DNA of 64,000 nt from Ostreococcus lucimarinus (lineage: Eukaryota): NCBI GenBank assembly GCA_000092065.1, contig CP000588.1; one strand, 5' to 3'. A program made the translations under genes and the position numbers. The notes under the pieces were generated by a model that did no database searches, was not told the DNA's origin, and saw only the letters and a program-made list of their open reading frames with translations. Shown here one piece after another: positions 57,027-64,000 of the stretch; the first letter of the stretch is position 1; every line of letters begins with the position of its first letter.

Positions 57027-57926
57027 TCAGGCGTCGTCGCGAGACTTGCGAAGAGCCTCGAGCTCGCTCTCGATGGCCTCGCTCACGGGACGGCCCTCGG
57101 GGAGGGCACCCTTGGAGCTGGCGCCGGGGAGGGATTTCTTCAAAGCTGCGAGTTCGTCGTCGACGCCGCCAGCCTCCAAAGCCTTGAACTGGGCCTCGAG
57201 GTTGTCGGGAGCGGCGAACACGCCCATGGCTTCGGCCTCAGCCTCCATGCCGAGCACCTTTTCTTCCATGCGCTCGAACGCGCCGAGCGCGGACGACGTC
57301 GACACTCCGCTCACCATATCGCTCACCGCTTTGTTCGTCTTCGCGCTCGCCGCGCGCGCCTTCAACGTATCCTTCTTACTCTTCGCCTCCGCCATCTTGC
57401 CCTCGAGCAAGCGCGTATTCGCGATCAATTTATCCACCGCTTCGCTCTGCGCGTCCAGGTTCGCCTTCATCGATTCGGCGTTCTCCGCGTACGACTTTCG
57501 TCTCGTCAGCGCTTCTCTCGCCAGGTCCTCGTCGCCTTTCTCCATCGCCAACTGCGCGCGCTTATACCAATCATCAGCCGCCTTCGTCGCCGCGTTATAC
57601 TTCGTCTCAAGCTGTTTCTGCGACGCCATCACCTGCGCCGTCGCCTGCCGCATCTTGATCAAATCCCCCTGCATCTCATTCACCGTCTGATCGAGAATCT
57701 TCTCCGGGTCTTCCGCCGCCGTGATCAGCGAGTTGGCGTACGACGAGATCACGCGCGTGAACCGGCTGAACAGGTTCGCGCGCGTCACCACGGCGCCTCG
57801 CGCGCGACGCGGCGCGCGCGCGGCGCACGAGATCGCACGATCTCGACGACGAAGCGTCGACGCGCCGTCTCGAAACGACGACGCCGTCAGCGCGGACGCG
57901 CGCGGCGCGGCGCGCGCGAGCGACAT
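57027..57926 (-). CDS. VIPP1: VIPP1 / IM30 (PspA-family, plastid)
   Basis: The core reads [50 protein letters not shown]... A VIPP1-type C-terminal extension is present. A transit peptide runs from ATG 57926; the track start at 58028 is GTG. Confidence 0.9.
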   Translation of the reverse strand: MSLARAAPRASALTASSFRDGASTLRRRDRAISCAARAPRRARGAVVTRANLFSRFTRVISSYANSLITAAEDPEKILDQTVNEMQGDLIKMRQATAQVMASQKQLETKYNAATKAADDWYKRAQLAMEKGDEDLAREALTRRKSYAENAESMKANLDAQSEAVDKLIANTRLLEGKMAEAKSKKDTLKARAASAKTNKAVSDMVSGVSTSSALGAFERMEEKVLGMEAEAEAMGVFAAPDNLEAQFKALEAGGVDDELAALKKSLPGASSKGALPEGRPVSEAIESELEALRKSRDDA

Positions 57927-57930
57927 GGCG

Positions 57931-57950
57931 CGATGCGATGCGATGCGATG
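57931..57950. repeat. (CGATG)4 pentanucleotide repeat
   Basis: cgatgcgatgcgatgcgatg lies immediately upstream of the VIPP1 ATG, in the 120-bp divergent spacer. It adds several ATGs to any TCF25 5' leader that crosses it. Confidence 0.9.
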
Positions 57951-58046
57951 CGATGCGCGCCGTCGCGTGCGCGCGGTGCGTCGCGCTCGGATTCGCGCGC
58001 GGCGGAGTGCGGGCGCGGACGACGGCACAGCGCGGCGCGCGCGGCG

Positions 58047-58189
58047 ATGAGCGCGCGACAGCTTCGCGCGGCGCGGCGTCGCGAGGACGCGATCGCGGGC
58101 GTCGACGACGACGCGTCGGGGGCGGAGAGCGAGGACGCGGGCGCGGGCGCGGCGACGCGGGCGGGGAATCCGTTCGCCGCGCTGTTGGG

Positions 58190-58228
<39 letters not shown>

Positions 58229-59792
58229 GACGCGGGCGGCGGCGGAACCGACGCGGGAACCGACGCGGGAACCGACGAAGAAGGCGCGGAGGCGCGGAGG
58301 GAAGAAACGGGCGGGCAAGAGGGACGGCGGGGGGAGCGATGATGAATTTGACGCGCTCGTGCGAGAGGTGACGGGGCTGGACGTGTCGTCGGCGGCGGCG
58401 GAGAACGCGACGGTGAGTCGAGGGAAGAGCGGCGCGAAGGCGGCGTCGAGTTTGCTGTGCGTCGATATGCGCAATATGAAGGCGGAGGATGAGCTTAAAC
58501 GCATATTCGGTGGTAAAGTCATCAGCGCCGTGGAGGCGGAGGAGGTCGGTAGGCTAGGAGGGAGGACGGCGGCGTTTCGAGCAAAGCTGCAGCGGCGGTG
58601 CACGTTTAGCGCGTATCGCGACCAGTGGTCGACGTATCGAAGTGGGGGGTTGTATATGGTGACTTCTGGCGTCGTCGATGCCGAATCTGGGATGTCTGAC
58701 TTCTCTTTCGCTTGGAAAGATGACTACGCGCAGGCAAACTTTGACTTTGAAATCGCCGTCGGTTCGCACGACCCCAACCGGTTATTTAGTTTGTTGAACC
58801 ACTATCCGTGGCACTTAGAAACGCTGTTGCGGATATCCGAGCTCTATCATTACAGCGGACAAGCGCAAGAAAGCTCGGAAATTCTCGAAAGATGTTTGTA
58901 CGCGTGCGAAAGAGCTTGGCATCCGAATTTCACCGCCGCGGCTTCGAGTGGGCTTGCGCACTTGGATGCGTCGCAACCTGAAAACAAACCGATGTTCGAG
59001 GCACTGTTTCGGCACGTCATCGCGCTCACTCGTCGTGGATGTCACAAAACTGCGTTGGAATGCGCGAAACTATGCCTCGGATTGGACCACACTGACCCGA
59101 AAGGCATGCTACACATGATTTCGTACTTTGCACTCCGAAGCGGGGAAGAAGAGTGGTTGCTCAGATTTGTCGAAGATTTCGGGCACAAGCGTTGGGTCGG
59201 TGGGAAATGGGAATTGCATGGTAGCTTGCTCAACTTCCCAGACTTTGCATACAGCAAAGCCATGGCTCTGTACACCATCGCCGACGACATCAAAGTCGCT
59301 GATGCCGAGCTGTTGAAGGCGATGCTTACATATCCGTATGCCCTCACCGCGACACTCATGCGTCTCGAAGCCGCCGTCTCGAGCGACAAAGATTGGAAAG
59401 AAATCCTCGCGCATGAGCATTTCGATTTTTCCAACTGCGCGCTCGACTCCAGAAGTCTCGAACACGTGAGCGACATTTTCGCCACCCGCCACCATCTACT
59501 TTGGCGTCCAGATCCCATCTTACATTGGGCCAAGCGCGTCGCTCGCAGCGCTATCCAGCTCGTGGATTCCATGAAGCCCTCAGACATGATTGACGGACTG
59601 ACGGCTGCCGAATTCGTGACGATTTCCCTTCAAAACTGGCCCGCGAGTGAAGAAAATGATTTCACCCATCTCGTAGACGACGATTTCACCGACGTCGTCA
59701 AGCGCGCCCTTCCCGAGGACGATCCCTTGGCTGCGCGCGGACCAAACGACCCGGATCATTTCTCCGACGACGACGACGGGGACGAATTTTAG
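58047..59792 (+). CDS. TCF25: TCF25 / Rqc1-family protein
   Basis: [23 protein letters not shown] is followed by the conserved helical body (...[19 protein letters not shown]...). The ORF part upstream of ATG 58047 is antisense to VIPP1. Acidic (DE)n and EPTR repeats lie near the N-terminus. Confidence 0.8.
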
Positions 59793-59902
59793 CTTTTAGC
59801 CTAGCGTTCATTCATTCGTGCTGCAAACCGTCGCGTCGATATTTCAACCGAGTCGACGTTGAAACCCTCAAGTGGTCCGCCGCATTCGCCGACGCCCGCG
59901 AC

Positions 59903-62900
59903 ATGTTCGCCGCCGCGAACGTCACCGCGGTCGCCGCGATGCGAAGCGCGCTCCCTGCGTCGTCTTCCGCGTCGTCGTGCGCCCGCATCGCGCGCGCGCA
60001 CCCCGCGCTGGGTTCGTCGTCGAGCGCCTTCGCGTCGCCGATGCCAATCGGCGCGACGCCGCGCCCCGCGCGCGCGACCGCGGGACGCGTGCGCGTCACC
60101 GTGCGCGCGAAAGCATCGGATGGTGATCGACGCGCGAAGACCGGAGATGAGAAAGGGAAGAAGACGAAGACGAAGACGAAGACGAAGTCGACGACGGGGA
60201 AGAGGGAAGGTTCGAGCGGGACGAAGAAGAAGTCATCGAAGGCTCGAACGCCCAAGGGAACGCCGTTCGTCGAAAAGAAGAGGATAGCGGTGAAAGACAC
60301 GTATGTGAGCCCGATCGGGGAGCTGGAGAGAAAGCTTCCGGGGCGCGGGGTGTGGTTTCGTAAGGGGAACGCCACGACGCAGGATGCGCGCCCGGACGGA
60401 TTGGGAGCGAGCTCGAAGCCTTTGCTCACGCCGGGGACACAAGCGTGGTACAAGGAGTGGAAGAGACAGAGAAAGATTGACATTCAAAATAAAGCTAGCA
60501 GAGAGTTGCGAAAGACGGCGCGGAAACCGGTGGAGGATTATGCGAAACCCGGGCAAGCGGCGGGCAAACCCTTGAGCATCGACGAGCTCAAGTACACAGC
60601 GCTGGGGCGGGCGAAGATACAATCGGCACGCCAGCATATTGCGTACAACCGTTTTGTCCACAGCATCTTGAATGAAGAAATCAAGGAGCTTTACGTGAGC
60701 GTGGATGCAGTGGCGAGGTACGCTATCGTGTACAAGGATGGGCGAATAGCGTATTGTCAAGTGGCGCCGCACAACACTGAGGTTTACAATCTGACGCAAA
60801 GCGTCGGATTAGAAATCAACCCAACGATGGCAGAAGCATCGAGCCATACGTTGGCAGCCGTTGGCGATCGCGGGGCGCAGATTCGGACGTTTATTGCTGG
60901 TTACGGTGTTCCTTCGTTAGGCGTTTTCTTCATATGGGCCATCGTCTTTTACATGCAACGTTTCAGAGGTGACTGGGAAGATCGTCAAAAGATTCTCGAG
61001 CTCGAGCGCGCTGAAGAGGCGCAGAGGCAAGCCGAAAAGGGCGATCCGCGTATCAACGCTTTGGTGGAAATGTTACAGAAGATGGATGAGAATGATCCGC
61101 GACGCGACCAAGTCAAGCGCGAGATTCGCAACCGCAAGTCTGCTATCGCGCGTGCGAACGGCGATAAGAAGGATGCGGCGGCGAAGGCGGCCGATGGAGA
61201 CCAAATGGGTGCCGCGAATGCGTTCATGCGAGTTGGCGTCAAGGTAGTTAAGAAGAAGGAAGTTGAGGAGGAAGAGTTGAGTTCGGACGAAGAAGACGAA
61301 GTTGAGGCTTTGATAGACCCAGCCAAAGCTAAGGCTAAGAACAAAGGCCCGAAGAAAGGTCGTGTGAACACCAAGATGAAACTTCGCGACGAAAGCGAAG
61401 TCGTGAAGTTTGACGACGTCGCGGGTATCGGCACGGCGAAGGTTGAACTTCAAGAAGTTGTCGATTTCTTCTTGCAGCCGGAAAAATTCAAAGAGAGCGG
61501 TAGCAAGGTTCCGAAGGGTGTCTTATTGACGGGTCCGCCGGGCTGTGGTAAAACGCTTCTTGCGCGAGCCGTCGCAGGCGAAGCAGGTGCTACTTTCTTC
61601 TCCTTGGCGGCTTCTGAATTCGTGGAGATGTTTGTCGGTGTTGGTGCGGCTCGCGTGCGCGATTTGTTCCAACAAGCCAAAAAGCAATCGCCCTCGATCA
61701 TTTTCATCGATGAGCTAGATGCAGTCGGTCGACCTAGAGGCGGCGGTGGCTCGGGTAACGATGAACGCGACCAGACGTTAAACCAGCTGCTCGTGGAGCT
61801 GGATGGTTTTGGTAGTGACACGCAAATTGTGTGCATTGCAGCGACGAACAGAGTTGACGTTCTCGACAAGGCGCTCATTCGCCCGGGACGTTTCGACCGC
61901 AAAATCGTCATCCCGAAGCCCGATTACACCGGCCGTAAAGAAATTTTACAAGTTCACTGCAAAGGTAAACCGGTCGATTCGAATATTGATTGGAATGCGC
62001 TCTCTGGAGAAACGGAGGGCTTCAGCGGAGCAGCCCTCGCATCGGTCGTGAATCTCGCCGCTCTTCAGGCGGCGAAAAGTTCGCGGGAGTTGGTGACAAT
62101 GGACGATTTTCAAACTGCGCTTGAGATGGAGACGTTAGGCAAGGTTTTACCACAAGGTCTCGGTGAGGAAAACGAGAAGCGTTTGGCGCTCATCCATTCC
62201 GCGGCGGCGGTTGCGTATCGTTGTTTGTGCAATGACATGGGTGACATTTCTTTTGTCACGATCGTGGCTCGAGAAAGCAACGCCGAAGGTCAATTGGCTC
62301 TCGCTGAAAACCCCGTAGCACTGCGTCCTGGAGCGTTTACCAAGGGTTTCATGAGACGTCACTTGCGCGCGTGTTTCGTCCCATCCATCGCTGAGGAGGT
62401 CTTCTACGGTTTCGACAACTGCACGAAGGTTACTGCGCCTTACACCGGTCGTGCGCGAGAAATCGCGAACTTCTTCGTTCACAATGCAGCGATGAGTGAT
62501 GAAAATAGCGAGTTTATGTACTATCCTACTGGCAACGTCATTGAAGTGACTGACTTCTTGCGTGCTGAACGCGAAGAATACCGACTTCCATCGACAACGG
62601 ATGATCGTTACGCCCGAGCAGATGAAGAGGTGCGCCGTTTGATGGAGAGACAATACGCCGCGGCGAGGCGTTTCGTCGAAAAACAAAAAGACGCCATCGA
62701 TGCTCTAGCGAAGGTAGTTATGGAGAAGAAGACTGTGCAGGCGGAAGAGGTTAAGGCGATCATCGACAAGCACGCTATCATGCCTTACGACGACGAAGAA
62801 TTTCCGAGCGCGTTTGCGACGGACCGCAAGCTTCTTAAAGATTGGAACGGTACGAAGCCGGCCGATTACATGGTCGGTGGCTTAGCTCCCACTAGTGATT

Positions 62901-62908
62901 CTGATTAA
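59903..62908 (+). CDS. FtsH-like AAA+ protein with inactivated protease motif (FtsHi type)
   Basis: The ATPase motifs are intact: Walker A GPPGCGKT, Walker B IIFIDELDA and SRH TNRVDVLDKALIRPGRFDR. The Zn-protease HEXXH position reads HSAAA (about 62195-62209). The long N-terminal extension has a KTKTKTKTK repeat and one TM helix. ATG at 59903. Confidence 0.85.
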   Translation: MFAAANVTAVAAMRSALPASSSASSCARIARAHPALGSSSSAFASPMPIGATPRPARATAGRVRVTVRAKASDGDRRAKTGDEKGKKTKTKTKTKSTTGKREGSSGTKKKSSKARTPKGTPFVEKKRIAVKDTYVSPIGELERKLPGRGVWFRKGNATTQDARPDGLGASSKPLLTPGTQAWYKEWKRQRKIDIQNKASRELRKTARKPVEDYAKPGQAAGKPLSIDELKYTALGRAKIQSARQHIAYNRFVHSILNEEIKELYVSVDAVARYAIVYKDGRIAYCQVAPHNTEVYNLTQSVGLEINPTMAEASSHTLAAVGDRGAQIRTFIAGYGVPSLGVFFIWAIVFYMQRFRGDWEDRQKILELERAEEAQRQAEKGDPRINALVEMLQKMDENDPRRDQVKREIRNRKSAIARANGDKKDAAAKAADGDQMGAANAFMRVGVKVVKKKEVEEEELSSDEEDEVEALIDPAKAKAKNKGPKKGRVNTKMKLRDESEVVKFDDVAGIGTAKVELQEVVDFFLQPEKFKESGSKVPKGVLLTGPPGCGKTLLARAVAGEAGATFFSLAASEFVEMFVGVGAARVRDLFQQAKKQSPSIIFIDELDAVGRPRGGGGSGNDERDQTLNQLLVELDGFGSDTQIVCIAATNRVDVLDKALIRPGRFDRKIVIPKPDYTGRKEILQVHCKGKPVDSNIDWNALSGETEGFSGAALASVVNLAALQAAKSSRELVTMDDFQTALEMETLGKVLPQGLGEENEKRLALIHSAAAVAYRCLCNDMGDISFVTIVARESNAEGQLALAENPVALRPGAFTKGFMRRHLRACFVPSIAEEVFYGFDNCTKVTAPYTGRAREIANFFVHNAAMSDENSEFMYYPTGNVIEVTDFLRAEREEYRLPSTTDDRYARADEEVRRLMERQYAAARRFVEKQKDAIDALAKVVMEKKTVQAEEVKAIIDKHAIMPYDDEEFPSAFATDRKLLKDWNGTKPADYMVGGLAPTSDSD

Positions 62909-62951
62909 TACAATCCTATTGATTGATTCAAGACTTACACATAACTAATAA

Positions 62952-64000
62952 CTAATAATCCGACGTGGAAAGCCCAAGCGCGTCGCACACGCTTCGCATG
63001 TCGCTCGGCATCTTTGCCTGAAACGTAAGCGATTCACCTGTTTCTGGATGCTTGAGCTCGAGATTGAACGCGTGAAGAGCTTGTCTTCGAATACTCAAAG
63101 CCCCACCCCAATCGTCGTACGGTTCTCGCGCGTCTCGACTGTCCGGAGGCGTCAGTTGGTGCATCTGCGTCGGATTTTCAGAGTTGCACGCGGCGAGTTG
63201 CGCCGCACTCCAAACCATTTTCGGTTTTTCTTCATCGCTTTGCGCACTCCATCGCAAGTGCGGCCCATACAGCGCATCGGATACAATAGGCAAGCCTGCA
63301 TGCGCCAAGTGCACGCGAATCTGATGCGTTCGACCTGTCAGCGGCGTCACGCGAACGAGCGCGGCGACGGCGGCCGGCGGAGCTCGCGGCGACGCTGTCA
63401 TAGGCGACACCCCTTTTGGCGTCGTCATCGCGGCCACGCTTTCGTCCTTGATATCGAACAGCGAAGTACTCGCACGAGCGATGATTTCGCACGTCGTTCT
63501 CGCGTCTTTTCCTTCTCCGCTGAAATCAACCGTGCGCGCTTCCTGCACGATTCCGTGGTCACCGATGGGCGCGTCTACGATGAAGCTGTCGCCGCAATCA
63601 GGCGGCACGACACCCACAGACACGGCCAGGTACGTCTTCTTCGCCGTCTTCTCTTGAAACTGTCCCGCTACATTCGCCACCAAGTGCTGCTTCTTCACGA
63701 ACACGGCCACGCCCGAGGTGTCCATATCGAGTCTATGCACGATGTACGGCGTCGCCCCGTCCATATGGTGCAACGCCCGCGACAACAACGAATTCCCCTC
63801 AAATCTATGATTCGGATGAAACCTCAGATTCGGCGGTTTATTCACCACCAAAAACTCATCATTCTCAAACACCACGTCCAACGGCGTCTCGTCTCGCACC
63901 AATTCAATCGCTAAACTCGCCCTCCGCAGCGTCGTCTTCACTCGCGCCGTCGGCACCCCCAGCGCCTCCGCGCACGCCTCCGCCGTCATTCGCTCCCCAT
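62952..64000 (-). CDS. RluA-family pseudouridine synthase, 5' end beyond window
   Basis: HRLDMDTSGVAVF (catalytic Asp motif), KTYLAVSVG and GRTHQIRVHLAHAGLPIVSD are present. The frame stays open upstream of the ATG at 63989 to the window edge, so the true start may lie outside. Confidence 0.85.
   Translation of the reverse strand, partial: GERMTAEACAEALGVPTARVKTTLRRASLAIELVRDETPLDVVFENDEFLVVNKPPNLRFHPNHRFEGNSLLSRALHHMDGATPYIVHRLDMDTSGVAVFVKKQHLVANVAGQFQEKTAKKTYLAVSVGVVPPDCGDSFIVDAPIGDHGIVQEARTVDFSGEGKDARTTCEIIARASTSLFDIKDESVAAMTTPKGVSPMTASPRAPPAAVAALVRVTPLTGRTHQIRVHLAHAGLPIVSDALYGPHLRWSAQSDEEKPKMVWSAAQLAACNSENPTQMHQLTPPDSRDAREPYDDWGGALSIRRQALHAFNLELKHPETGESLTFQAKMPSDMRSVCDALGLSTSDY

Noticed and set aside
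56940-58046. N-terminal 369 codons of the 950-aa track ORF
   Set aside because: This part is antisense to VIPP1 and is translated as Leu/Arg/His repeats. The conserved TCF25 sequence begins only after ATG 58047.

Overview
This window reads as compact, GC-rich nuclear DNA from a green-lineage eukaryote, not prokaryotic DNA. I support 44 protein-coding genes on both strands, about one per 1.45 kb. Twelve pairs are head-to-head with 64-771 bp between their ATGs. Convergent 3' ends lie 28-221 bp apart, with one 1,095-bp exception. The content points to a mamiellophycean picoalga such as Ostreococcus, but that is inference only. It includes plastid-biogenesis genes (VIPP1, FLU, an inactive-protease FtsH, ArgJ, the CPSase large subunit), a form IV RuBisCO-like protein, a TTTAGGG repeat and TGTAA motifs after stop codons.

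The supplied ORF track accepts GTG/TTG/CTG starts and ignores splicing. I therefore reset many starts to the first sensible ATG and inferred ten short introns (82-260 nt). Each restores conserved protein sequence, and nine of the ten carry a GT[AG]CG donor plus an exact ACTGAC branch box; the B-box intron 1 donor is unresolved. I found no rRNA, tRNA, CRISPR array or bounded transposon.

The observations most worth a second look are:
- An intronless tyrosine-recombinase (integrase/Crypton-like) gene with every catalytic position occupied, at 36507-38195, next to a telomere-type repeat and a hairpin.
- A single-ORF fusion of a RuBisCO-like protein, a coiled coil and a cupin, at 40343-42568.
- A 1,368-aa tricorn-type protease.
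- A roughly 300-bp palindromic CGATCG repeat array in a bidirectional promoter.
- A perfect 51-bp in-frame tandem duplication in an aminotransferase gene.
- An aldo-keto-reductase homolog that has lost three of its four catalytic residues.
- A 1.1-kb AT-rich gap with no gene I can find.

All functional calls rest on motif recognition by eye. No database search was run.
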